In this document: positions 1-11,285 of the stretch, piece after piece
How positions within the stretch are numbered: position 1 is the stretch's first letter
Layout: every line of letters begins with the position of its first letter
Assembly (NCBI GenBank): GCA_038087875.1
Contig: JAXLNO010000292.1
Span: forward strand, 1-63,803
Length of the DNA: 63,803 nt
DNA from: Malacoraja senta
Taxonomy: Eukaryota
Direction of reading: 5' to 3'
Program-made: the position numbers and the translations under genes
The notes under the pieces: generated by a model
The model's input: the letters and a program-made list of their open reading frames with translations, nothing else
What the model was told of the DNA's origin: nothing
The model's database searches: none

Positions 1-68
1 ATATTCTTCATGTCTTGTCATGGAAATTTGAATATCACCTGGAATAGATCTGAGAGAATGACGCTCTG

Positions 69-82
69 GTTTCCATGGTTAC
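69..82. promoter_or_regulatory. RFX X-box-like motif
   Basis: GTTTCCATGGTTAC resembles the X-box GTTNCCATGGNAAC. A weaker copy TTGTCATGGAAAT is at 15-27. Confidence 0.3.
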
Positions 83-1009
83 CAGCACACACGCTGATCC
101 AGGGGGTTTCTGAATTACTCCTCGATGATGTTAAGCGGTAGAGTTGTACCTCACCGCGCCAGAGACCCGGGTTCGATCCTGACTACGGGTGCTGTCTGTG
201 TGGAGTTTGAACGTTCTCCCTGTGACCCCATGGGTTTTCTCCAGGTGCTCCGGTTTCCTCCCACACTCCAAAGCTGTACAGGTTTGTAGACTAATTGGCT
301 TATGTAAAAATGTCTGAGTGTGTGTGTAGGATGGAACTTGTGTCAACAGGTGATTGCTGTTCGGTGTGGACCTGGTGGGCCAAAGAGCCTGTTTCCATGC
401 TGTGTGTCTAAACTAAACTAAACTTTCATAAATCAGGGTCTCGACCTGAAACGTCACCCATTCCTTCTCTCCAGAGATGCTGCCTGTCCCATTGAGTTAC
501 CCCAGCATTTTGTGTCTACCTTCGATTTAAACCAGCATCTGCAGTTCTTTCCTGCGCAAAACTTTCAGAACCTCCTTGATACTTTCTGAATAAAATCTGC
601 ATCTGCCATTCCCAATTCATATGAGAGGCATAGATAGGGTAGACAGCCAGATCCTTCTCCCCTGGGTGGGAAAATCAAATACTAGAGGGCATGGCTTTAA
701 GATGAGAGGGACAATGCTTAAAGGAGGTGTGAGGGGCAAGTTTTTGTTTACACAAAGGGTGGTGAATGCTTAGAACATGCTGCCGTGGGTGGTGGTGGAG
801 GCAGATACAATTGTTCAGTTTAGTTTATTGTCACGTGTATCGAGGTACGGTGAAAAGCATTTGTCGCGTGCTATCCAGTCAGCAGTGGCAAACTTTGGTG
901 AAAGCACATGGGTATGCAGGGAATAGAAGATTATGGATTACGCACCGGTAGATAACGGTTGGTCTTGGCATCATGTTCAGCACTGACAATGTGGGCCGAA
1001 GGGCCTGTT

Positions 1010-1293
1010 CTTATCATCATCGTTGAAAACATCAATGGGTACAATGCCTTACAGCGCTATGTACGACAGTATCACAACTTCTACTGAAGTGTGGATGGCC
1101 GTTGCCTCGCTAGGAGCTCATCCGCCCTTTGACAGGTCTTGTTTTCGTTCCTGCTGGGGGTCCACAGCCCCCTCCTCACCTGGCAAACCAGGTGGGGGAG
1201 ACGGTTTAGTTGCGGACTATCCGACCATGGAGCAGGTAGCACGGGATTACATGGTACCCGTGGCGGGGGGAACTCCCCCGACCTGACCTGACG
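1010..1293 (-). mobile_element. Possible RTE-associated short element
   Basis: Discrete insert with a (GAT)n-like tail on the minus strand inside a CR1 3' end. Family is tentative. Confidence 0.3.
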
Positions 1294-1474
1294 CTGTACA
1301 TAGAAACATTGAAAAATAGGTGCAGGAGGAGGCCATTCGGCCCTTCGAGTCAGCACCGCCATTCAATATGATCATGGCTGATCATCTAGAATCAGTACCC
1401 CGTTCCTGCTTTTTCCCCATATCCCTTGATTCCTTTAGCCCAACTCCCTCTTGGTACTGTTCTATGTTACAATC

Positions 1475-2282
1475 GAGTGGTGGCGCCATGGAGTGTGGCA
1501 GCCTCACCAGCACCTGTCTGTCCTTTCATCCTTTTTGTTATTTTTAGTCTGTCTTAAAGTTTGCTATTGAAGGTCTTTTAGTCTTTTTATGTGGGGGAGG
1601 GGGAAAGGGGGACCTGTTTTTCTCAGTCGCTACCTGGTCGAGGATGCGTCTTTCCTCCGAGCCGCATCTTCGCCCCCTCCTCGTGGCCTACCATCTGGAT
1701 TGGTGCGGCCTTTCCTGCCGGAGACCGGCCAGAGCTTCAGCTTCAGCAGCGGCGCAGCACTGAAGTACCATCGCGGAGCAGACGATGCCTTGCAGGGGTC
1801 GCCGTGTTGGAGCTCCGGAGTGTTGGGACTGCCGACTTTAACACCGTGGAGCTGTGGTCTGCGGGGCCTCCAGCGCTGACTTTAACATCGTGGAGCCTGG
1901 GATCCTTGCAGGGTCACCAGCGTTGAATCTCCGCCCAGCTTGGCCTGTGGACTTCGGGAGATGCGGTCTCCGGTAGGAAGCGGCCGATTCGGAAACTCCA
2001 AGCCGCTGAGAATGTTCTTCCGTTCGAGAGCCTGAAACATCGGGCCGCCGTTGCAGCGACTGCGGAGGCCTCAATAGGCCCCGACCACGGGTGAACATGA
2101 GGAAGTGGACTGAACTTTGGTGCCTTCCCTCACAGTGGGAAACGTTGATTCCGCTGTGGGGGGATGTTTTTATGTTTTATGTTAAATTCTATAGTGTTGT
2201 GTTTATCTTATTTGTGTGCTGCATGGTCACTCAAATTTCACCACCAATTGGTGTATGTGACAATAAATGGCCTTTGTCCTTT
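1475..2282 (+). mobile_element. GC-rich non-coding retroposon with a Rex1-like 3' tail
   Basis: Homologous over its length to the minus-strand copy at ~48045-48790. Ends ...GTATGTGACAATAAA; no recognisable ORF. Confidence 0.7.
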
Positions 2283-2695
2283 TACATGCAGCTTCAGGAA
2301 AGAAGCACACACTTTATCCTCAGACAGCAAGCAAATCAATGAGGAAGCAGCAACGCTGATTGAAAATTAATACTACATTCGGGACAAATCTTATTGTCCA
2401 TTAATGTCAAACACTAATTTTAGGTTAACTTTTGTAAGATAAGCTAGATCTTTCAGATCACAATAATTTCTACAGGCCCTTCGGCCCACTGAGTCCGCGT
2501 CAATCACAGGCCCTTCGGCCCACTGAGTCCGCGCCAATCACAGGCCCTTTGGCCCACTGAGTCCGCGCCGATCACCCAATACGCTAACACTATTCTACAC
2601 ACTAGGGACAATTTCCAATTTCCAATTACCCTACAAACCTGTACATATTTGAAGTGTGGGAGGAAACCGGAGCACCCAGAGAAAACCCACGCGGT

Positions 2696-3467
2696 TGTTA
2701 ATATTGACCAAATTAAAGATACTATAAAATGGAGGATCCCTGCATTTGTAAGATTTGCTTAACCTTTGTCTGTGGAAAATTATAGGCTGTGAATGGCGCC
2801 AGCCAGTCTGAGCCCTAGATTGATGTGCAGGATGGGGAAAGATCCAGATGTCCTCCTAATTGATAATATGTATGAGGACTTTGCAAATAAACTTAAATGC
2901 ATTGCTTTGATTGGATTGCTGCAAAGGAATTGTAAATGGTGTTAATAATGTTGCAAAGTGTTTTTACTGCTGTTTGAGGATTGGCTGAAGTGTGAGGCCT
3001 TGTTTGAATTGTTTACATTACCTGGGAGAATGTTGTGTTATTTGATTAATTGACTTCCTTCCAGAAGCTTCTGTAGAAACATTGTGTTGGGACTCTTTGT
3101 AATTGGATTGGGAGACTGTCAATAATACTTTAATGTAACCGATATGTGTGATTGGTTTGTAAGGGGAACCACCTCTATGTAGTTCGGCCCCTCAGGGTTC
3201 GTTAACCTATAAAAGGTAGCCCCCATTTGGATCGGTGTCGATCTTCTGGAAGGGCGCTTGGGACTGCGTGACCTTTTGGGCAGCGTCTGCTTGCATGGGG
3301 CTGAAGGGCTTGGCCAGGCAGAGACAAGGATCAAACTCGCGGTGGTTTAGGTATCATATAGGGGGATTTGTTGTTCATTCAAAAATAAAGTTGAGTTGGT
3401 CCAGTGCTTGACTCAGTGTTTTTACTGAACTAGACTAAGGGGGGTAAGCTTTGGGAGCATATTTACA
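2696..3467 (+). mobile_element. Solo LTR (772 bp) inserted in an HE1-like SINE
   Basis: Termini TGTTAATAT...ATATTTACA, 4-bp TSD CGGT/CAGT (CpG decay), TATAAAA at 3208-3214, AATAAA at 3384-3389. The SINE sequence resumes exactly across it. Confidence 0.85.
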
Positions 3468-6400
3468 CAGTCACAGGGAGAACGTACAAACTCTGTACAG
3501 GATCACACCCGGGTCCCTGGTGCTATAAGGCAGCAACTCTACCACTGCGCCACCATACCACCCGTCTCTTGTTCTCTTCATACAGACCTTTGCAAACATA
3601 TTTTGGAGTTCACAATTCCGCACAGCCCACATCAAAACCTGATGAGACATTATAAAATAACACTGATTTCATCAGAGGCCTGGCATTAGAAAGATCAATG
3701 TGAATTCAAAGTTACCCACATATAGCAACCCATTCATCAACATGCAAACATTTCCATCCATTAAAGATGCACATTTTTTCCACACTCAATTGGCTTGGTA
3801 TAAATGTAAAATGTCCCTAGTGTGTGCAGGATAGTGTTAATGTGCGGGGATCGCTGGTCGGCGCGGACTCGGTGGGCCGAATGGCCTGATTCCGCGCTGT
3901 ATCTCTAAACAAAACTCTAATTTGTTTATTTGGACATGATTCATTTTGAAAGGCAGCAAATAATTGTGTATCTGTGACTGGAGCAAATTATAAAAAATAA
4001 TGTCTTCCATAACAATATTTAAATGAGATCTGCACTAGGGTACCATACACAATGTCAGGTAATATTTAGATAAATGACTATTCCATTTGTGAAAGTAACC
4101 TTGCTTCCCTCAGTGGGACTAGCAGTTCTTCTTTGTTGTATTAGTTATGCCTGTGATACCCAAACAATTAATTTGCAGCATTGGAAAGTATGGTAGCAAA
4201 GCAAGATTCAATGATGTTGAGCTAATTGGCAGATGGTATGTCATTTAGTCTCCTGCTTCACTAAGCAGCTGTTGGAAACGGAACAAATTAGTAAAGCCAC
4301 CTGCTTCTGTAGATTCTCTCTATCAACATAAAACTGCTTTGTTTGTGAGGTTTTCAAAACATGGAATGCAACGATAGACCCCCGATTCGGTCCTGACCTT
4401 GGGTGCTTTCTATGTGGAGTTTACATGTTCTCCCTGTGGTTTTCCTCCCACACCCCAACTATTTCCATGCTGTATCTCTAAACTAAACTAAACATTTGTT
4501 TATGAAAGCTTAGAGTCAAACCACTTCACAAAAGTTTTTAAAAAGCTGTTATTTAAGCCATTAAGAAAATTTTCTCTTGCTTATTCTTGTAAGTTTACTC
4601 TAGTAAATTGTTCTTAGTGGGTTGGACAGAACTAGTGTATGGGGTGATCGCTGATCGATGCGGACTCGGTGGGCCAAAGGCCCTGTTTCCACACTGTATC
4701 TCGAAACTAAACTAGACAATAGACAATAGGTGCAGAGGTAGGCCATTCGGCCCCTCGAGCCAGAACCGCCATTCAATGTGATTATGGCTGATTAAAACTA
4801 AAACAATTATGATCCAAACTGTAAGAAATCAGGTTTAATGGTGGTGACCAAGTTTAGCTTTCCTGTAATCTTGTTGAATCTTTAAGAAAAACAATTTGCT
4901 GGAAATCAGAACGTGTCTTATTACCACAGAAATGAATAGCATTAATACCATTGACAGGTGTTCCAGTAATTAAGTCATCCACATCCTTCCCTATTCTAAA
5001 ATGACCATTTGAAACAAGTTTTAAGATGGAAATGTCTTTTCTTTTCGGAATAAAATGTACCAAACATCGGCACAAAGTGTGTAGGAAGGAACTGCAGATG
5101 CTGGTTTAAACTGAGGATAGAAAGAAATGCTGGTGGAACTCAGCGGGACAGGCAGCATCTCTGGAGAAAAGGAATGGGTGACGTTTTGGGTCGAGACCCT
5201 TCTTCAGACTGAGAGTCAGGTGAAAGGGAAATTAGAGATATAGACGGTGATGTCGATCCCTCCCCTCCCCCTCCCCTCCCACCCAAGTCGTACCTCAAGC
5301 TTCAACGTCATCTTGTTGAGTCTCATTGTCTGTACTCGTTTTCACCTAGCACACAGCTAACAATGGCCTGCTTCCTTTATCATCATTACTATTTTGCATT
5401 TCTTTCATTCAATTTTTTAATATCTCTCTACATCACCGTCTATATCTCGTTTCCCTTTCCCCTGACTCCCAGTCCGAAGAAGGGCCTCGAACCGAAAAGC
5501 CACCTTATTCCTTTCCTGCAGAGATGCTGTCTGACCCGCTGAGTTACTTCAGCTTTTTGTGTCTATCTGCACAAAGTGTTCAGTCTCACATTTCCTTTAA
5601 AAGCTTGAGCAATCTTTCCCTTTTAAGACAAATAAAAATACATCCTTTCATTCAGAGGCTTTAGACTTTAGAGATAGAGCGCAGAAACAGGCCCTTTGAC
5701 CCATTGAGTCCGTGCCAACCATTGATCACAACACACTGGGGACAATTTACAATGTTTACTGAAGCCAATTAACCTACAAACCTGTACGTCTTTGGAATGT
5801 AGGAATAAACTAGACAACCTGGAGAAAACCTATGTGATCACAGGGAGAAGGTACAAATTCCATACAGACAACACCCTTAGTCAGGACTCTGAACTCCAGA
5901 GAGCACAGGCCCAGTGCCATCGTACATTAATATGTTTTCCCTGATGCATTTGCCCTGATCAAGTTTTAAATGGACAGAACCGCTGAGACCAGAGTCACCA
6001 TCTACACCAAGGTGACTGAACTCAGCTGGCATTGACAGGGCCAAACTATAATTAGCTTCCATGTCTCTGCATTGAAAGGGTGGAGTGAGGCAGGGAAGGC
6101 AAGGAAGGTAGAAAATCCAGATGATAGTTTTTTGCCAAACTAATGAAGAGTTTAAACTTATAAACTTGGTCCTTTCTTAAACAGCAAATGGACTTAATGT
6201 TATTTTAAAATGCTGTTCTCATTTACAATTCTTCGACTGAGTTGGGCATTGTCGTGCTGCCTCTTGCTTTGCTGGGTTCCATTCAAGTTGTGGCTGTGGG
6301 GTGAATAATTTAACCTGAGGGTCCGCCAACCGTTGCAACTTGTCCCTTGTTAATGTGGGAGCAGGCAGGGCTAAGAATCAGGGCAAAGGGCGGCCCAGTG

Positions 6401-7075
6401 GCACAGCGGTAGACTAGGTACCTGAGAGCACTCGACACCTGGGTTCAATCCTACTGAAACAGGGCAAGTATGAGTAGAATCCACTTTTCACTTCCACTTT
6501 GATTAGTACGGATGATAGGTGTGATGGGGAGAAGGCAGGAGAATGGGGTTAAGAGGGAGAGATAGATCAGTCATGATTGGATAGCAGAGTACACTTGATG
6601 GCCTAATTCTGCTCCTATCACTCATGAACTTTCCTATTGCACTTTCAAGGTTAACTTTATGTTCAACTATAATCACTCTGGTACTGTGACTGATGAGATA
6701 TGAATGTATTTTGTCATAGAACATAGAACAGTACAGCAAAGGCACAAGCCCTTTGGGCGGCTCTGTCTGTATATGCACATATGTCAAGACCAACTCTTAT
6801 CTGCCAGCACACTGAAGAAGGGTCTCGGCCCGAAGCTTTGCCTATTTCCTTCGCTCCATAGATGCTGCATTTCTCCAGCATTTTTGTCTACCTTCGATTT
6901 TCTAGCATCTGCAGTTCCTTGAACATCTATACCCCTCCATTCCCTGCATATCCATGTGCCTATCCAAAAGTTTGTTCCAGGCACACACCACCATTTGTGT
7001 GAAAAACTTGCCCCGCACATCTATATCTAAAGATATATTACTAAAACTCTCATCTTGTTTGTTTGTCCGTATATA

Positions 7076-8688
7076 CAGTGGCTTGCAAAAGTTTTCATAC
7101 CCCTTGAACTTTTCCACATTTTGTCACGTTACAACCACAAACGTAAATGTATTTTATTGGGATTTTATGTGATAGACCAACACAAAGTGGTGCATAATTG
7201 TGAAGTGGAAGGAAAATGATACATGGTTTTCAAATTTTTTTACAACTAAAAAACTGAAAAGTGTCGCGTGCAAAAGTATTCAGCCCCCTGAGTCAATACT
7301 TTGTAGAACCACCTTTCGCTGCAATTACAGCTGCAAGTCTTTTGGGGTATGTCTTTACCAGCTTTGCACATCTAGAGACTGAAATGTTTGCCCATTCTTC
7401 TTTGCAAAATAGCTCAAGCTCAGTCAGATTGGATGGAGAGCGTCTGTGAACAGCAATTTTCAAGTCATGCCAGAGATTCTCAATTGGATTTAGGTCTGGA
7501 CTTTGACTGGGCCATTCTAACACATGAATATGCTTTGATCTAAACCATTCCATTGTAGCTCTGGCTGTATGTTTAGGGTCGTTGTCCTGCTGGAAGGTGA
7601 ATCTCCGCCCCAGTCTCAAGTCTTTTTGCAGACTCCAACAGGTTTTCTTCCAAGATTGCCCTGTATTTGGCTCCATCCACCTTCCCATCAACTCTGACCA
7701 GCTTCCCTGTCCCTGCTGAAGAAAAGCATCCCCACAGCATGATGCTGCCACCACCATGTTTCACAGTGGGGATGGTGTGTTCAGGGTGATGTGCAGTGTT
7801 AGGTTTCCGCCACACATAGCGTTTTGCATTTAGGACAAAAACTTCAATTTTGGTCTCATCTGACCAGAGCACCTTCCTCCACATGTTTGCTGTGTCCCCC
7901 ACATGGCTTGTGGCAAACTGCAAACGGGACTTCTTATGGCTTTTTTTTCAACAATGGCTTTCTTCTTGCCACTCTTCCATAAAGGCCCAATTTGTGGAGT
8001 GCATGACTAATAGTTGTCCTGTGGACAGATTCTCCCACCTGAGCTGTGGATCTCTGCAGCTCCTCCAGAGTTAACATGGGCCTCTTGGCTGCTTCTCTGA
8101 TCAATGCTCTCCTTGCCCGGCCTGTCAGTTTAGGTGGACGGCCATGTCTTGGTAGGTTTGCAGTTGTGCCATACTCTTTCCATTTTCGGATGATGGATTG
8201 AACAGTGCTCCGTGAGATGTTCAAAGCTTGGGATATTTGGTTATAACCTAACCCTGCCTTTAAACTTCTCCACAACTTTATCCCTGACCTGTCTGGTGTG
8301 TTCCTTGGGCTTCATGATGCTGTTTGTTCACTAATGTTCTCTAACAAACCTCTGAGGCCTTCACAGAACAGCTGTATTTATACTGAGATTAGATTACACA
8401 CAAGTGGACTCTATTTACTAATTAGGTGACTTCTGAAGGCAATTGGTTGCACTGGATTTTATTTAGGGGTATCAGAGTAAAGGGGGCTGAATACTTTTGC
8501 ACGCGACACTTTTCAGTTTTTTATTTGTTAAAAAATTTGAAAACCATGTATCACTTCACTTCACAATTATGCGCCACTTTGTGTTGGTCTATCACATAAA
8601 ATCCCAATAAAATACATTTACGTTTGTGGTTGTAACGTGACAAAATGTGGAAAAGTTCAAGGGGTATGAATACTTTTGCAAGCCACTG
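7076..8688 (-). mobile_element. Full-length Tc1-family DNA transposon (1613 bp)
   Basis: TA-CAGTGGCTTGCAAAAG...CTTTTGCAAGCCACTG-TA. ~210-bp TIRs with inner and outer direct repeats (IR/DR type) and TA target duplications at 7074-7075 and 8689-8690. Confidence 0.96.
7293..8316 (-). pseudogene. Tc1 DDE transposase split by three +1 frameshifts
   Basis: Starts MKPKEHTRQVRDKVVEKFK at 8316. Motifs [31 protein letters not shown]. Frameshifts near 8258, 7941-7948 and 7623-7627. Confidence 0.93.
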
Positions 8689-10718
8689 TATGCGTGCATG
8701 TGTGTGAGTTCCGGAAACTCCGCCAAAACAGTACACGGTAGCACTACAATTTTTGGCCCACCGTACTCCCCATTGTCCTGCGATGTAAATCAAACCAATT
8801 TTGTTCAGATTGATGGTATATTTTACAGGTTATTCACATTTTAAACTTCACAAAAATAGACTGTATATTCAGCTCTTCTGGTCTATTTATTTCTTCAGGA
8901 ACGTGTTCATGAAATGTTTAAACTTTACAAACCACATTTCCACTTGCACTACCCGTCAGCCGCATTGACGTCACAATGGGATCCCAAATTTCAATTTTTT
9001 TTAATCGCCTTTTTTTCCCCGCATGTATAACCATATAACCATATAACAATTACAGCATGGAAACAGGCCATCTCGGCCCTTCAAGTCCATGCCGAACACT
9101 TTTTCTCCCCTAGTCCCATCTACCTGCACTCAGACCATAACCCTCCATTCCTTTCTCGTCCATATACCCATCCAATCTATTTTTAAATGATAAAATCGAA
9201 CCTGCCTCCACCACTTCCACTGGAAGCTCATTCCACACAGCTACCACTCTCTGAGTAAAGAAGTTCCCCCTAATGTTACCCCTAAACTTCTGTCCCTTAA
9301 TTCTCAAGTCATGTCCTCTGTGCTTGGCCTCACAACGGGGACCCAACAGCTCCACGGGTAAGTTTTCTTCTATTTTACATACGCCTCCATGGGTCCTCTC
9401 TTCAATTTATTAACTTTAATTTAATTTCTGCCGTCAACGGCACAACTTTGAACGTGGTAGCCGCGCATGCGCAGTTTGGTGAAATATTGCGTTGGGGGAG
9501 CGGGCCCAACGTGTCCGCACTTGGTCTAGTCTCCTTTAAACTTTGCCACTCTCACCTTAAATTTATGCTCTCTAGTAGATGATATTTCCATCTTGGAAAA
9601 TAGGTTCTGAATGTCCACCCTCTCTATCACTCTCATCATTTAAAATATATCTACCAGGTCTACCCAAAACCTCCGGCATATACAAAAACATTTCATGAAC
9701 ACGTTCCTGAAGAAATAAATAGATCAGAAGAGCTGAATATACAGTATTTTCAATCCTTTTTATTTCAAACGAAAATTAAACTCAAATCGAGTTCTGGCCT
9801 TAGCATACTGAAGTTGGGAACTTAAACCGAGAATGTTTCCTCAGCCAAGTTAGCATTTATTTTTATTTCTGCTCTTTCAGCATGAATGTTTTCAAGAGTT
9901 AGATACAGCTCTTAGGGCTAACAGAATCAAGGGATATGGGGAGAAAGCAGGAATGGTGTACTGATCAACTATGATCATATTGAATGGCGGTGCTGGCTCG
10001 AAGGGCCAAATGGCCTACTCTTGCAACTATTGTCTATGTTTCTCTCCTTCCCGTTAACACCCAGATGGCCATCTTCTCAGAATAAAGTGTGTTTAATGTT
10101 TTTCTTCATAGTCCCAACACAAATTAAGTGAAGATAGACACAAAATGCTGGAGTAACTCAGCGAATCAGGCAGTATCTTTGTAAAAAATGACGTTTTGGG
10201 TCGGGACCCATCTCCAGACTTAACAAACTAAGTGATAGACACAAAATGCTGGCGTGACTCAGCAGGACAGGCAGCATCTCTGGAGAGAAGGAATGGGTTG
10301 AGACCCCTCTTCGAACTGAAAGTCAGGGGAAAGGGAAACGAGAGATATCGGGTAATCCACTCTGATTTCACAAATGAGGTGAAATCCACTCTATATCAAC
10401 TACTCAACACTATTTCAGTCGTGCAGCTTATTAAAGGTCATTCATGCACTCAATTCCCGTTGATGCAATCGACCATCTATATTCCTCAGTAGAAAAATGT
10501 AAACACCACATTCCAGCTTTGGGAAAATGCAGAAACCTTCAAGCCAAGTTTTAATAAACAGATTAAACATCAGAAAAGGCCACTAACATTTTGTAATTAG
10601 TACTGGTGTCAGGTTATGGGAGAAGGCAGGAGAATGGGGTTAGGAGGGAGAGATAGATCAGCCATGATTAAATGGTGGAGTAGACTTGATGGGCCGAATG
10701 GACTAATTCTGATCCTAT

Positions 10719-11285
10719 CAGTCGGTATGTCAAGGAGGACTCTCTCTAACTTCTACAGGTGCACAGTAGAGAGCATGTGACCGGTTGCATCGTGGCTTGG
10801 TTCGGCAACTTGAGCGCCCAGGAGTGGAAAAGACTACAAAAAGTAGTAAACACTGCCCAATCCATCATCGGCTCTGACCTCCCTTCCATCGAGTGGATCT
10901 ATCGCAGTCGCTGGCTCAAAAAAGCTGGCAGTATCATCAAGGACCCACACCATCCTGGCCACACACTCATCTCCCTGCTACCTTCAGGTAGAAGGTACAG
11001 GAGCCTGAAGACTGCAACGACCAGGTTCAGAAATAGCTACTTCCCCACAGCCATCAGGCTATTGAACTCAAATGAAACAAATCTCTGAACACCAATAGAC
11101 CATTATCTGTTTATTTGCACTTTATCTGTTTATTTATTGATGTGTGTATATATTTATATAATGGTGTATGGACACACTGATCTGTTCTGTATTCATGCCT
11201 ACTATATTCCATTGTGCTGATGCAAAGCAAGAATTTCATTGTCCTATCTGGGACATATGACAATAACTCTCTTGACTTGATCATT
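10719..11285 (+). mobile_element. Rex1/Babar LINE 3' fragment
   Basis: KRLQKVVNTAQSIIG..DPHHPGH..LPSGRRYRS..RFRNSYFP plus the tail. Confidence 0.88.

Larger units (their letters stand above)
7020..9529 (+). mobile_element. Non-autonomous Helitron hosting the Tc1 and a CR1 fragment
   Basis: Starts TC (7020) and ends CACTTGGTCTAG (9529) after a degenerate subterminal hairpin. It sits between A and T of a CR1 remnant (ccccgcaca|tctcctttaaac) with no target duplication. Confidence 0.88.

Noticed and set aside
2473..2572. Triplicated ~34-bp unit
   Set aside because: Local slippage at a SINE 3' end; ordinary.
4854..5075. 73-aa ORF in AT-rich unique DNA
   Set aside because: Non-ATG start at a repeat edge, no convincing splice signals and no recognisable protein.
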